The translations under genes were made by a program, and so were the position numbers. Positions 7,774-18,257 of a stretch of 64,000 bases of DNA are shown one piece after another; position 1 is the first letter of the stretch, and every line of letters starts with the position of its first letter. This stretch comes from Candidatus Cloacimonadota bacterium (GTDB taxonomy: Bacteria; Muiribacteriota; UBA6191): contig JACFNL010000009.1 of NCBI GenBank assembly GCA_019454875.1, forward strand, positions 168 to 64,167, read 5' to 3'. The notes below the pieces were generated by a model. That model ran no database searches. It saw only the letters and a list, made by a program, of their open reading frames with translations, and was not told where the DNA came from.

Positions 7774-9135
7774 ATGGAAACATCAAAAAAAATTTTACTG
7801 GTGGAGGACGATAACACTTTACGATCAACCCTGGGAATGTTTTTGGAGTCCAGCGGCTGGGTCGTGACCGAGGCGAGAAGTGCTGAAGAGGCCGTCAGGC
7901 ATCTTGGTAAGGAAGGTACAGATCTGGTTGTAACCGATCTGAAGCTTGGTGGAATGGATGGCCTGGGCCTTTTGCGTTTTGTGCGGAAGGAGTCTCCGGA
8001 AACCAATGTGGTGCTGATCTCAGCATACGCAGATATTGATGTGGCCGTAGAGGCCTTGAAAGAAGGGGCCGCTGACTTTATCGAGAAGCCCTTTACTCCG
8101 CCTGTATTTTTGGACAGGGTCGCCAAAGCATTTGCCTTTAAACCCAATCTGGATGGAAAGGCTCTGACCCGCACCGAAAAGAATAAGGATTTTCGCTTTG
8201 ATCATTTGGTGGGCAGATCCCAGACAGTTCGCAAAATGAAGGAAATTTTAAGAATTGTGGATGATTTGCCGGATGCTTTGCTCATCAGTGGTGAGCCTGG
8301 AGTCGGTAAGGAAACCTTGGCCAGAAAAATTCATGAGGCCGGAGCAAGGGCAGAATACCCTTTTGTGGCGATTAACTGTTCTTCCTTAAGTGATTCTGAT
8401 CTTGAACTGGAGCTGTTTGGATCAAGCCGGGGTGAGCGCCGGGGGGTTTTATTGGAAGGCAAGGGTGGAACTCTGTTTTTGGATGAAATTTCTTCCCTGT
8501 CTATGGCCATGCAGGTGAAGGTACTAAAAATGCTTGAGAATAAAAGAGTTCGCCTGTCTGGCTCTGCTCAGGAGGCTGATGTTGATGTTCAGGTTATTTG
8601 TGGAACCAATAAAAACCTCGAGCAGATGGTTTCGGAAGAAACATTCAGACAGGATCTGTTTTACAAAATCAATGTAGTGCATCTGAAACTGGACTCACTA
8701 AGAGAAAGGGTTGAGGATATCCCACTGCTGATGGAATACTTTCTTGAGGGCTTCAACCGCATAACCGGAAAAAACATTGAGGGTTTTTCCAAGTCCGTAT
8801 TTGATGCCTGTTTGAAATATGAGTGGCCAGGAAATGTGCGCGAGCTAAAAAGTTTTGTGGAGCGTATTGTGATTTTCTGTAAGGATCAGGTTGTTCAGTA
8901 CCAGCATGTTCCTGAAAATATCCGTGAGCCCCGGCCAAGAAGCACAACAGGTATTTCCAAAGGTCTGATGACACTTAAGGATCTGGAAAAGACCAAAATT
9001 GTAGAAACCTTAAATGCATTTAAGGGGAACAAGGCCAACACTGCCAAGGCTTTGGGAATAGGTCGAAATACCCTTTGGCGCAAGCTTAAGGAATATGAAA
9101 TTGAGGAAGAAGACTATTCCGGTAAACAGGTTTAG
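7774..9135 (+). CDS. NtrC-family response regulator (REC + AAA+ + Fis-type HTH) lacking the GAFTGA loop
   Basis: REC domain (ILLVEDD ... VVTDLKLGGMDG ... ISAY), AAA+ (GEPGVGKE, GGTLFLDEI, RQDLFYKINV, WPGNVREL), HTH (NTAKALGIGRNTLWRKLKEY). Start set to ATG 7774 behind GGAGGA; ORF-track start 7606 overlaps nrnA. Confidence 0.85.
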   Translation: METSKKILLVEDDNTLRSTLGMFLESSGWVVTEARSAEEAVRHLGKEGTDLVVTDLKLGGMDGLGLLRFVRKESPETNVVLISAYADIDVAVEALKEGAADFIEKPFTPPVFLDRVAKAFAFKPNLDGKALTRTEKNKDFRFDHLVGRSQTVRKMKEILRIVDDLPDALLISGEPGVGKETLARKIHEAGARAEYPFVAINCSSLSDSDLELELFGSSRGERRGVLLEGKGGTLFLDEISSLSMAMQVKVLKMLENKRVRLSGSAQEADVDVQVICGTNKNLEQMVSEETFRQDLFYKINVVHLKLDSLRERVEDIPLLMEYFLEGFNRITGKNIEGFSKSVFDACLKYEWPGNVRELKSFVERIVIFCKDQVVQYQHVPENIREPRPRSTTGISKGLMTLKDLEKTKIVETLNAFKGNKANTAKALGIGRNTLWRKLKEYEIEEEDYSGKQV

Positions 9136-9659
9136 ACTCTGCCGTTCAAGAAGTCTTTAAACAGCATGCTGGCCTGGATATCCTGGTTTCTCTGGTACTT
9201 GGAAGAGTAGTTGGTGGTTTCGCCCAGGACACTGTGGTAATAAATCTGGCATACCTCAACATTGGGGTATACCAGGATCGGGTGTACCACGGTGATTTCC
9301 AGGGTCCAGAACCCATCAAAACCCACATCACCAAAACCGGCCGTAACATGAATGCAGATTCCAAGCCTTCCGATGGAGGAACGGCCTTCCAGCATGGGCA
9401 CCAGGCCCTCAGTCCGTGTTCTTTCTACAGTGCGACCCAGATATAACATTCCAGGTTCCAGCAAAAATCCACTTTTGGGTATTTTAAAGCGGTGGATGGG
9501 GTTATCCTTTTTCATGTCCAGAGGAAGCTCTGTGTAACAGGCCAAATCCTCGTGAAGTCTCAGGTTATAGGAGTTTGGTCCGAGTTGGCTCTTGTCGTAC
9601 GGTTCAATAAATATTTTTTTATTCAGTTCCGCCTGAATCTGTTTTCCGGTTAAGATCAT
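9132..9659 (-). CDS. dcd: dCTP deaminase
   Basis: MILTGKQI ... IEPYD ... NSYNLRL ... EGRSSIGRLGICIHVTAGFGDVGFDGFWTLEI is the classic Dcd pattern. Start set to ATG 9659 (MILTG). 4-nt convergent overlap with the regulator gene. Confidence 0.85.
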   Translation of the reverse strand: MILTGKQIQAELNKKIFIEPYDKSQLGPNSYNLRLHEDLACYTELPLDMKKDNPIHRFKIPKSGFLLEPGMLYLGRTVERTRTEGLVPMLEGRSSIGRLGICIHVTAGFGDVGFDGFWTLEITVVHPILVYPNVEVCQIYYHSVLGETTNYSSKYQRNQDIQASMLFKDFLNGRV

Positions 9660-9694
9660 AGTTTGTGCCCCTGACAGTTCTACTGGAGTATAAC

Positions 9695-10135
9695 ATGGTA
9701 TCTGAGGATCTTGTTTCACGGGATTTGGAGATGGAAATCAAGGCCGGGATTGGAAACTGGTCTAAAAACCCCCAGGCACTTCTGAATCTTTTGTATAAAT
9801 ATTCCTTTGAAATGAATCTGGATTCTCTAAGGGGTGTGGCTCTCATGGCCCAAATCTCTCCCATACAGATCTGGGCAGCCTACGAAGACTGGCTCAAAAA
9901 GCAGGATGAGGCGGTATTAAAAATCTGTGACAATATTACCTGTCTTGGCAAAGGTGCTTTAGAGATCAGAAGGCACTTCAAAAAAAAACCTCCGGCTGGG
10001 ATTGAAATTCAATGGATCCAATGTCTTGGTGGGTGTGCGTCGGGGCCTTGTGTTCAGTTTCGTGGACGACTGCTGACACAAATGAGTCTAAAAAAGGTTG
10101 AAGAGCTAATCCAGGCAGAAACCCAAATACCATAA
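9695..10135 (+). CDS. NuoE/HoxF-N-like thioredoxin-fold [2Fe-2S] ferredoxin (stand-alone)
   Basis: Cys pattern C-x4-C ... C-x3-C (ICDNITCLGKG ... IQCLGGCASGPCVQF) and the helical N-terminal part resemble NADH dehydrogenase subunit E. Start chosen at ATG 9695 (GGAG 6 nt upstream); GTG 9665 is also open. Confidence 0.6.
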   Translation: MVSEDLVSRDLEMEIKAGIGNWSKNPQALLNLLYKYSFEMNLDSLRGVALMAQISPIQIWAAYEDWLKKQDEAVLKICDNITCLGKGALEIRRHFKKKPPAGIEIQWIQCLGGCASGPCVQFRGRLLTQMSLKKVEELIQAETQIP

Positions 10136-10290
10136 GCCTGACGGGGAATTTCAGCACAAATCAGCTTAAATTCTTCAGGCTTTTATAGGTTGAAGTATCC
10201 ATTAAACAATGCTATTTTGCACGGGTAAATCCTGAGTTTGCCAGGAGTGCGTCCGGCCACGGCCTTAACCTTAAAGGGGAGAAGACAATA

Positions 10291-11700
10291 ATGACCTGGG
10301 CACGAATAGTTGCTTTGTTTACTGCTATAATTCTGTTAGCTGCTCTGATGCCATCAGCTACCTTGTTACAGGCAGCCGAAGGTGCGACCAATGCGGGACA
10401 TGGAGCCATACAAGGGCTGTCTCTCATCTGGATTGCTCCATTTGTGATTCTGTTGCTGTCCATTGCAATAATGCCTCTGGTAGCAGAACACTGGTGGGAG
10501 CACAACTCCAGCAAGGCTATGATTGCTGTTCCGCTTGGTGTTCTGGTGGCAGGTTATCTGGCCGCATTTCACGGTGGTGCGGGTTTGTATAAAATCTGGC
10601 ATGCGGTTGAAGAATATATACAGTTCATCACTCTGCTTGGCTCGCTTTATGTGATCTCAGGTGGAATTGTTTTTAGGGGCACCATTATGCCTACGCCAAA
10701 GGTGAATACCACAATTTTGGCTGTGGGTGCCGGTATTGCTTCGTTTGTAGGAACAACCGGGGCATCCATGTTATTGATTCGCCCCCTTTTAAGAGCCAAC
10801 CTAATGCGTAAAAAAATTGTGCATACAGTGGTGTTTTTTATCTTTCTGGTTTCCAACATTGGCGGCTGTCTGACACCACTTGGAGATCCACCCCTGTTTT
10901 TGGGCTTTTTGCGGGGAGTGCCATTTGAGTGGACCTTTTCCCTGTGGAAAGAGTGGCTTTTGATGAATGTTGTTCTGTTGACCATCTATTTCATCTGGGA
11001 CACCAAAAAATACGCTGAGGATTCGGTGGATCCAGTTCCTGCTGATCAGGTCAAACCTGTTGAAATAGCGGGTAAAATCAATTTTATCTTCCTGCTTGGA
11101 GTAATTTTGTGTGTGGCCTTTTTAAAGCCAGCCCTTTTAAAAAGTATTGGGTTACATCCTTTTTGTCGTGAGCTAGCAATGATTGCTATGGTTTTATTGT
11201 CCATGAAGTTCACACCTAAGGGACTGAGGGAAGAAAACCAGTTCAACTACCACCCCATCACAGAGGTGGCAGTGCTGTTTATTGGAATTTTCCTTACCAT
11301 GATTCCCGCCCTGAATGCTTTGCAGCAGTACGGTCCAGATTTGGGAGTAAACAAGGCATGGCAGTTCTTTTTGTATACAGGATTATTATCTTCATTTCTG
11401 GACAATGCTCCTACCTATGTCGTGTTTTTTGAGCTTGCGGGTACCATGCAGTGGGATTTGGCCGTCTATGGTGAAATTATTGTTGCTGGAGTTCCGAATC
11501 TGATTTTAACCGCCGTTTCACTAGGTTCGGTGTTTATGGGAGCCAATACCTATATTGGAAATGGGCCGAATTTTATGGTGAAGGCAATCGCAGAACAGGC
11601 CGGTGTGAAAATGCCCAGCTTTTTTGGATACATGGCTTATTCCTTTGGAATCCTGATGCCTCTATTTATTTTATTAAAGTTTATCTGGTTCCAGAATTGA
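10291..11700 (+). CDS. ArsB/NhaD-superfamily permease (putative Na+/H+ antiporter)
   Basis: 469-aa polytopic membrane protein with N-terminal signal-like helix. Blocks such as GDPPLFLGFL and LDNAPTYVVFF recall the family annotated as sodium:proton antiporter / citrate-transporter-like. Substrate unknown. Confidence 0.55.
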   Translation: MTWARIVALFTAIILLAALMPSATLLQAAEGATNAGHGAIQGLSLIWIAPFVILLLSIAIMPLVAEHWWEHNSSKAMIAVPLGVLVAGYLAAFHGGAGLYKIWHAVEEYIQFITLLGSLYVISGGIVFRGTIMPTPKVNTTILAVGAGIASFVGTTGASMLLIRPLLRANLMRKKIVHTVVFFIFLVSNIGGCLTPLGDPPLFLGFLRGVPFEWTFSLWKEWLLMNVVLLTIYFIWDTKKYAEDSVDPVPADQVKPVEIAGKINFIFLLGVILCVAFLKPALLKSIGLHPFCRELAMIAMVLLSMKFTPKGLREENQFNYHPITEVAVLFIGIFLTMIPALNALQQYGPDLGVNKAWQFFLYTGLLSSFLDNAPTYVVFFELAGTMQWDLAVYGEIIVAGVPNLILTAVSLGSVFMGANTYIGNGPNFMVKAIAEQAGVKMPSFFGYMAYSFGILMPLFILLKFIWFQN

Positions 11701-11708
11701 CGAATCTG

Positions 11709-11739
11709 CTGGGCCAAAAATTCAGGACTTTTGGCCCAG
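11709..11739. terminator. Strong 11-bp hairpin between permease gene and actA (terminator or protein-binding palindrome)
   Basis: ctgggccaaaa (11709-11719) / ttttggcccag (11729-11739) with a 9-nt loop, starting 9 nt after the permease stop. There is no clean downstream U-tract, so terminator function is uncertain. Confidence 0.35.
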
Positions 11740-11774
11740 TCAGTTGAAATTCGCAGAACAGGAGAGTGTGAAAG

Positions 11775-12377
11775 ATGGACAAACAGATGCTGGATTATAA
11801 TATCCGGGTGCGGTTGCCAATTATATTGGTCGCTGTGGTCGTGGCTTATTTCGCCACTTTTTTCGCCGGATTTAAAGAGAGAAACATGGTGGGTTATGCT
11901 CCCGAGCAGCCGATCAAGTTTTCCCACAAACTGCATGCCGGAGATCTTGGCATGGACTGTAGATACTGCCACACAGCAGCCGAAAAAGGTCGTCATGCCG
12001 GGGTCCCTTCCACGGATACCTGTATGAATTGCCACTCTGTTGCCAGGGCGGACATGCCGGAAATTAAAAAATTGAAAGAGTATTTCGATTCCAATGAACC
12101 AATCCCCTGGGTTCGTATTCATAAGACTCCCGACTTTGTATATTTTAATCACTCGGTTCACCTTGCTTCTGGAATCGACTGTGCTCAATGCCATGGAGAT
12201 GTGGCGGGCATGGATGTGGTACAGAGGACAAAACCTTTGAGTATGGGATGGTGTCTTGAGTGCCACCGTACTCCCCAGGAGCAGTTGATAGAAGTTACAG
12301 GACCGGATAATCAGAAGTCGGCACAACTTGTTCGCAAACATGCTGGGGGCCAGCATTGTTCCGCATGTCATCGCTAG
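11775..12377 (+). CDS. actA: Alternative Complex III subunit ActA (pentaheme cytochrome c)
   Basis: 200 aa with N-terminal TM anchor and five CxxCH motifs (CRYCH, CMNCH, CAQCH, CLECH, CSACH). It is first in an actABCDEF-ordered cluster. Confidence 0.85.
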   Translation: MDKQMLDYNIRVRLPIILVAVVVAYFATFFAGFKERNMVGYAPEQPIKFSHKLHAGDLGMDCRYCHTAAEKGRHAGVPSTDTCMNCHSVARADMPEIKKLKEYFDSNEPIPWVRIHKTPDFVYFNHSVHLASGIDCAQCHGDVAGMDVVQRTKPLSMGWCLECHRTPQEQLIEVTGPDNQKSAQLVRKHAGGQHCSACHR

Positions 12378-12396
12378 TTGCAGGGAAGGGATCAAT

Positions 12397-12600
12397 ATGG
12401 AAACTAAGAATCAGCCCGCATTAATCAGTCGTCGTCAGGCCGTATATGGGCTTGGAACATCTTTTTTTGGGATTCTGTCCTGGTTGGGATTGCGCAAACA
12501 GGAGGCGGCTGAGCCCGCTCAGAGCGTAGCCAAAGCAGGTTCTACTCGTGTAAAGATACACCCAACGGCAGTTAGTCGCAGTCCCAGGGGGGCCGCATGA
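12397..12600 (+). CDS. Small (67 aa) twin-arginine-motif membrane/secreted protein inside the ACIII operon
   Basis: ATG 12397 sits behind GGGAAGGG, and its stop overlaps the actB start (ATGA at 12597-12600). Sequence METKNQPALISRRQAVYGLGTSFFGILSWLGL has an SRRxxxx TAT-like motif plus a hydrophobic helix. No family recognised. Confidence 0.55.
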   Translation: METKNQPALISRRQAVYGLGTSFFGILSWLGLRKQEAAEPAQSVAKAGSTRVKIHPTAVSRSPRGAA

Positions 12601-15600
12601 AAGAAATTAAAGAACCAACTTACTGGACAAGTTTCGAGGAGTTGCACAAAGACCCGTCCCATCTTGATGGTCGTACCAATGAGTTTGCAGATGGGGCTGA
12701 TGAAGTTATTAAGCTGGAAGATATGAGCGGGGTAAGCCGTAGAAGATTTCTGGCTCTGCTTGGTGCTTCTGCAGCATTGGCAGGTACAGGTTGTACCAAC
12801 TATCGTGGGCATGGAAAAATTGTCAGCTGGTCAAAACAGCCTGAGGGCGTAGTTCTGGGAAGACCAAATTTTTATGCTAGTACCTGCTCGGGCTGTGAAG
12901 ATGCCTGTGGGGTTCTTGTCAAAACCCGTGAAGGAAGGCCAATCAAAGTTGATGGCAATCCTGAACATCCCATGAATCAAGGAAAAATCTGCGAGAAGGG
13001 GCAGGGCTCAGTATTGGCCCTATACAATCCAGAACGCATCAGAAAGCCCATGAAATCGCTGGGTAAGGACAAAGGCTTTCAGTCCCTGGAATGGACACAG
13101 ATTGACTCGGAAGTGCAGGCTCGATTAAAGGCCCTGGGGACCTCAAGAGTGGCAATTGTTACTAATACGGTGAATTCGCCATCTACAGCCAGGCTTCTTG
13201 AATCCTACAGAAGTCAGTTCAAGGCAGATGTATTTGCCTATGAACAGTTTTCCGACTCTACCCGTCAAAAGGCCTGGAAGTTAAGCCATGCCCAGGGTTC
13301 GTTTCCTTCCATAGCCTGGCACAAAGCCGATTTGATTCTTGGCTTTGAATCAGATTTTATGAGCGCAGGTTCAGAGCGCATGAAAACGGTCAGGGAAATA
13401 GCATCCCGCCGAAGTCTTGATAACGGTAATCACTTCACAAGAATTGTGCTTGTGGAGGGTGATGTATCTATGACTGGAGCAAACGCAGATATTCGTCATG
13501 CGATTAGCCCTGTATATCATCTCGATATTGTTCTGGGACTTCTACATGAAATTTCTGTAGTTCGCAAACTGTCTGATTATGGATCCAATCCTTCTTTTTT
13601 GAAGTTGGTTTCGGGAATGGATCTTAAATCGGTATCTGAGAAAACAGGGTTAGATTTAGCCTCTCTAACAGGACTGGCAGATGATTTGGTGGCCAATCGT
13701 GGAAAAGCTATTGTGCATGCTGGAGATTTACACAGCTTGAATGTACATCTGGCAGTCAACCTTTTAAATGCAGCCCTTGGCAACCAGAAGCTTTATGAGA
13801 CAAAGCAGAGCAAGGTTCAATTTTTCCCTGTCCACAGTACCCAGGAACTCAAGGCATTAAGTGATGCACTGCTGGCAGGCATCTATTCGGTAGTGATTCA
13901 TCTGGACTGTAATCCGGTCTATGATTTGCCAGCCGATTTAAAATATGCTGAGGCACTTGGCAAGGTTTCTACAGTGATTACATTTGCGCAATTGCCTTCA
14001 GAAACAACCCATCTGTCACACTATGTCTTACCTGATAACCATGACTTTGAATCCTGGGGAGATTACCAGAACAAAGAGGGGATTATTAGCCTGCAGCAGC
14101 CGGTTATTTCGGCCATTTATGACACAAGGCAGGCAGAAGGCTGCCTGTTATCCTGGTCAACAGCAAAACCTTACACCCAGGACCTTTGGCATGATTTTGT
14201 CCGTAACCGCTGGGAAAAAGAGTTTTATCCGGGCCTGAAACTTTCGGCTGACTTTGTCAGTTTCTGGAATTCCTGTCTGCATGATGGGGTATTTCAGTTT
14301 GCTTACAAACCATCTCAATTGTCCCCAATTATTGTAGAACAGACTGTTTCATCCGTGCAAAAATCCCAAAGCACTGGTTTTACTCTGATTCTAAGACCTT
14401 CCTATTCAGTAGGTGATGGACGGTTTGCATCCAATGGATGGCTACAGGAAATGTCTCACCCTATTAGTCGGGTAACCTGGGACAATTATGTGGCTGTTGC
14501 GCCTGCCGTAGCCCGAAAACTTAAAATCAGTTCTGAGGATAATGTTTCCATCAAGGTTGGGGAGGAGAAAATGATTCTTCCAGCCTTGGTGCAACCTGGA
14601 TTGAATGAAAATACCCTGGTAGTTGAAATTGGGTATGGTAGACAGAATTCAGGGGTAGTGGCCACCGGGGTGGGTTTTAATGCCAACCGGTTCCTTAAAT
14701 CTAGTGGGGGCCTGTCAGCCCATATCTATGATGGAGTTGAGCTTAACAAGGCGGTAGGAAGTTATACCTTAGCTTCCATTCAGGAGCATCATCAGATTGA
14801 CCTGAAGGGCCCTGGAATACTGCTTGAGAAGCTGACAGATCCCCATCTACGCCGTGAAATTATTCGTGAAAATTCTCTTACTGCCCATCAGGCTGACCCA
14901 CAATGGCTGGCCAAACGGCAGGAATTCAAAAAGAAGCATGTCTTTAGCATCTACGAAGAAGAGCAGAAGTATCCGGATGTAAAATGGGCCATGAGCATTG
15001 ATCAGAACAAGTGCAATGGCTGTGGAATCTGTGTTGTAGCCTGCTCCTCGGAGAATAATATTCCTGTGGTGGGTAAGGACCAGATCAAGAGGGGCCGAAC
15101 CATGCACTGGCTCAGAATTGACAGGTACTATTCAGGGAAGGCGGAAACCCCAAAAATTTCCTTTCAGCCAATGCTTTGTCAGCATTGTGACAACGCTCCC
15201 TGTGAAAATGTGTGTCCAGTAGGAGCAACTACACATAGTCCTGAAGGTTTAAATGATATGGCCTACAATCGTTGTGTGGGTACAAGGTATTGTGCCAACA
15301 ACTGTCCATACAAAGTGCGCCGTTTCAATTTTTATGATTTCCGCTCCAACTTTGCCAAAGGACACTATTACAATGAGCCTATGGATTTAGCCATGAATCC
15401 TGAAGTGTCAGTAAGGTCCCGAGGGGTAATGGAAAAGTGCTCCTTCTGTGTGCAAAGAATTATGGACAGCAGACAGGAAGCCAAAAAAGCAAAAGTACAG
15501 TTTAATGGTTTGGGTGTAACCACCGCATGCCAGGATGCCTGCCCTACAGAAGCGATTCAGTTTGGCAATGTGAATCAACCTGAAACAAATGTAGCAAAAG

Positions 15601-15707
15601 CCAGAGAACATGAACTGAATTATCATGTGCTGGAGGAATTGAATGTTAAGCCGAATGTTACCTATTTGGCCCGCCTGCGCAACAGCCGTGAGGAGGTAAA
15701 ATCGTGA
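12597..15707 (+). CDS. actB: Alternative Complex III subunit ActB (molybdopterin-oxidoreductase-like + 4Fe-4S ferredoxin fusion, TAT signal)
   Basis: 1036 aa with TAT motif [21 protein letters not shown] after a long N-extension. It has a Mo-bisPGD-like domain and a C-terminal polyferredoxin domain ([41 protein letters not shown]). Confidence 0.9.
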   Translation: MKEIKEPTYWTSFEELHKDPSHLDGRTNEFADGADEVIKLEDMSGVSRRRFLALLGASAALAGTGCTNYRGHGKIVSWSKQPEGVVLGRPNFYASTCSGCEDACGVLVKTREGRPIKVDGNPEHPMNQGKICEKGQGSVLALYNPERIRKPMKSLGKDKGFQSLEWTQIDSEVQARLKALGTSRVAIVTNTVNSPSTARLLESYRSQFKADVFAYEQFSDSTRQKAWKLSHAQGSFPSIAWHKADLILGFESDFMSAGSERMKTVREIASRRSLDNGNHFTRIVLVEGDVSMTGANADIRHAISPVYHLDIVLGLLHEISVVRKLSDYGSNPSFLKLVSGMDLKSVSEKTGLDLASLTGLADDLVANRGKAIVHAGDLHSLNVHLAVNLLNAALGNQKLYETKQSKVQFFPVHSTQELKALSDALLAGIYSVVIHLDCNPVYDLPADLKYAEALGKVSTVITFAQLPSETTHLSHYVLPDNHDFESWGDYQNKEGIISLQQPVISAIYDTRQAEGCLLSWSTAKPYTQDLWHDFVRNRWEKEFYPGLKLSADFVSFWNSCLHDGVFQFAYKPSQLSPIIVEQTVSSVQKSQSTGFTLILRPSYSVGDGRFASNGWLQEMSHPISRVTWDNYVAVAPAVARKLKISSEDNVSIKVGEEKMILPALVQPGLNENTLVVEIGYGRQNSGVVATGVGFNANRFLKSSGGLSAHIYDGVELNKAVGSYTLASIQEHHQIDLKGPGILLEKLTDPHLRREIIRENSLTAHQADPQWLAKRQEFKKKHVFSIYEEEQKYPDVKWAMSIDQNKCNGCGICVVACSSENNIPVVGKDQIKRGRTMHWLRIDRYYSGKAETPKISFQPMLCQHCDNAPCENVCPVGATTHSPEGLNDMAYNRCVGTRYCANNCPYKVRRFNFYDFRSNFAKGHYYNEPMDLAMNPEVSVRSRGVMEKCSFCVQRIMDSRQEAKKAKVQFNGLGVTTACQDACPTEAIQFGNVNQPETNVAKAREHELNYHVLEELNVKPNVTYLARLRNSREEVKS

Positions 15708-17080
15708 GTTTAGATTTTTCCAAACCAATCCCTCTATTTGAAGGAAAGGTAAGTCTCTCACAACTGGATGACGCAATTGCGGCACCAATGGAAAAACCAG
15801 ACAACACCCGGTTTTTAATGGCAATGGGTGTTTGCAGTATTCTACTTGCAATTGGTGGGGCTTCCTTGTTTCAGTTATTAAGATACGGAACTGGATCCTG
15901 GGGCTTGAACAGCCCTGTTTTCTGGGGCTGGGCGATTGTCAACTTTGTATTCTGGGTTGGTATCGGACACGCTGGAACCCTGATTTCTGCGATTCTGTTT
16001 TTGATGAGACAGAAGTGGAGAAATTCCATTGCCCGTTTTGCGGAGGCAATGACAATTTTTGCGGTTATTACAGCATTAACCTTCCCGCTTCTGCACACGG
16101 GGAGGCCTTGGCTGGCCCACTATCTGCTACCCTATCCTAACGAAAGAGCAATGTGGGTGAACTTCCGTTCTCCTCTTCTGTGGGATGTTTTTGCCGTATC
16201 AACCTACTTTACGGTGTCGTTGGTATTCTGGTATGTAGGTCTTATTCCTGACTTTGCTACTATGAGAGACCGGACCAAGCACAAAATCAAAAAGTTTGTG
16301 TATTCCCTGTTTTCTCTGGGATGGAGACACTCAAACCGCCACTGGCAGCACTATGAAAGAACCTATCTGATTCTGGCAGGACTGGCCACACCGCTGGTAT
16401 TGTCCGTTCACTCCATCGTATCCTTTGACTTTGCTGTCAGTCTGATTCCAGGCTGGCACACAACAATTTTCCCTCCATACTTTGTTGCAGGTGCGATTTT
16501 TTCAGGCTTTGCCATGGTAGTGACCGTGCTGGTTGTGGTGAGGGTAGTTTACAAGCTCGAACACATTATTACCCTGGATACCCTGGAGAGGATGAACAAG
16601 GTAATTATGGCAACCGGACTCATGGTTGGATATGCCTATGGTATGGAGTTTTTTATTGCCTGGTACAGTGGGGTTGAAGCAGAACAGTATGTGTTTTTAA
16701 ACCGGGCATTTGGACCATACGCCTGGGCCTACTGGATCATGATCACCTGTAATGTTGTAATTCCTCAGCTATTCTGGTTCCGCCAGGTTCGCAGAAGTGT
16801 AGGTCTGATGTTTGTCATTTCGATATTTGTAAATATAGGTATGTGGTTTGAGCGCTTTGTAATTACAGTAACCTCTCTTCACAGAGACTTTCTGCCTTCA
16901 AGCTGGGGCTACTACAGTCCAACTATCTGGGATGTCGGGTTATATATTGGAAGTTTTGGAGTATTTTTTACTGGAGTGGTACTGTTTGCCCGATTTATGC
17001 CAGTAATTGCCATGGCCGAACTGAAGGCTGTTGCTCCTGGTGCGCAACCAACACATCATCATGGAGGACATCATGAGTAA
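15704..17080 (+). CDS. actC: Alternative Complex III subunit ActC (NrfD/PsrC-like quinol-interacting membrane subunit)
   Basis: 458-aa polytopic membrane protein of NrfD type in the expected position. 4-nt overlap with actB. Confidence 0.85.
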   Translation: MSLDFSKPIPLFEGKVSLSQLDDAIAAPMEKPDNTRFLMAMGVCSILLAIGGASLFQLLRYGTGSWGLNSPVFWGWAIVNFVFWVGIGHAGTLISAILFLMRQKWRNSIARFAEAMTIFAVITALTFPLLHTGRPWLAHYLLPYPNERAMWVNFRSPLLWDVFAVSTYFTVSLVFWYVGLIPDFATMRDRTKHKIKKFVYSLFSLGWRHSNRHWQHYERTYLILAGLATPLVLSVHSIVSFDFAVSLIPGWHTTIFPPYFVAGAIFSGFAMVVTVLVVVRVVYKLEHIITLDTLERMNKVIMATGLMVGYAYGMEFFIAWYSGVEAEQYVFLNRAFGPYAWAYWIMITCNVVIPQLFWFRQVRRSVGLMFVISIFVNIGMWFERFVITVTSLHRDFLPSSWGYYSPTIWDVGLYIGSFGVFFTGVVLFARFMPVIAMAELKAVAPGAQPTHHHGGHHE

Positions 17081-18257
17081 TCGCAAACTGCATTCGATTA
17101 CAGCACTCTTTGATACACCCGATTCCATCATGCATGCTGCGGAAGCGGTCAGGGATGCCGGATATCAGAAGTTTGATGTGAATACACCCTATCCACTTCA
17201 TGGCATGGATGATGCCATGGGGCTAAAGCCAACTCTCTTGCCATTTACCACCCTGTTTTTTGGTTTGACTGGCTTAGCGATTGCTGTTGGGTTTCAGTGG
17301 TATACCTCTGGGGATTCAATTGGAGCAATTTCTGGAACTACCCTTGGTCTTCCCTACTGGCTGGAAAGATATCCATTAGTCATCGGTGGCAAACCCCTGT
17401 TTTCACTGCCTGCTTTTGTTCCGGTAATGTTTGAACTGACAGTTCTTCTGGCCGCACTAGGTACGGTGGCCTGTCTGATTGCAATATTTTGTAAACTTCC
17501 AGCAAATGGCCATCCCTTGCATGACAGCCGCTATATGGAAGCAACCAGTTGTGACCGGTTTGGACTTTGTATTGAGGCCTCCGACCCACTATTTGATGAG
17601 GCAAAAGTTAAAGCGTTTCTTGAGAAACTTGGGGGCAAGGACATTGAATTGATCTATGAAGCCCCAAAACTTCAAATCAGTCCGGTGTCAACCATGGGAT
17701 TTGTGACGGTGCTTGCCGTAATTGCTATCGGTGCGTCGGGCAAGACATGGTTTATATATAACATCATGCTGTATCAGGCTCCCTGGACCTGGATGGACAT
17801 ACAGCCCAAGGCAAAACCCCAGGCTGAAATGGCATATTTACCAAGCGGGCTGGCAATGTTGCCTCCTGTGCCTGGAACCGTTGCCAGAAATTTTATGCCC
17901 TATGCCTATTCCAGTCAGCCAGAAAAAGCTGGTGAAATGCTGAGTAACCCATATCCAAAGACTTCAGAGTCCCTTGCGAAAGGAAAGACTCTTTACAACA
18001 TCCATTGTAGTGTATGTCATGGATATCAGGCTTCCGGGGATGGAAGACTTAAGGGGCAATTTCCAAATCCACCTTCCTTACATTCTGAAAAATCAAAAAA
18101 TTGGAATGATGGACAGTTCTTTCATGTGATTACCGAAGGACAGAATGTAATGTCCGGGTATGCCAAGCATATAAGCGTTGAAGACCGCTGGCATATCGTA
18201 AACTATATCAGAGCTTTGCAACGCGCTTTGGATGCAAAGGAGACGGATCTGCAATGA
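17073..18257 (+). CDS. Fused ActD-ActE (DUF3341-type membrane subunit + monoheme cytochrome c)
   Basis: The N-terminal half, [42 protein letters not shown] plus 2 TM helices, is ActD-like. The C-terminal half, PVPGTVAR ... [18 protein letters not shown], is ActE-like. Start at ATG 17073 (8-nt overlap with actC). Confidence 0.8.
   Translation: MSNRKLHSITALFDTPDSIMHAAEAVRDAGYQKFDVNTPYPLHGMDDAMGLKPTLLPFTTLFFGLTGLAIAVGFQWYTSGDSIGAISGTTLGLPYWLERYPLVIGGKPLFSLPAFVPVMFELTVLLAALGTVACLIAIFCKLPANGHPLHDSRYMEATSCDRFGLCIEASDPLFDEAKVKAFLEKLGGKDIELIYEAPKLQISPVSTMGFVTVLAVIAIGASGKTWFIYNIMLYQAPWTWMDIQPKAKPQAEMAYLPSGLAMLPPVPGTVARNFMPYAYSSQPEKAGEMLSNPYPKTSESLAKGKTLYNIHCSVCHGYQASGDGRLKGQFPNPPSLHSEKSKNWNDGQFFHVITEGQNVMSGYAKHISVEDRWHIVNYIRALQRALDAKETDLQ

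Noticed and set aside
10134-10182. Inverted repeat aagcctga / tcaggctt after the NuoE-like gene as a terminator
   Set aside because: The 33-nt loop, 8-bp stem and weak T-tract give too little support to report as a feature.
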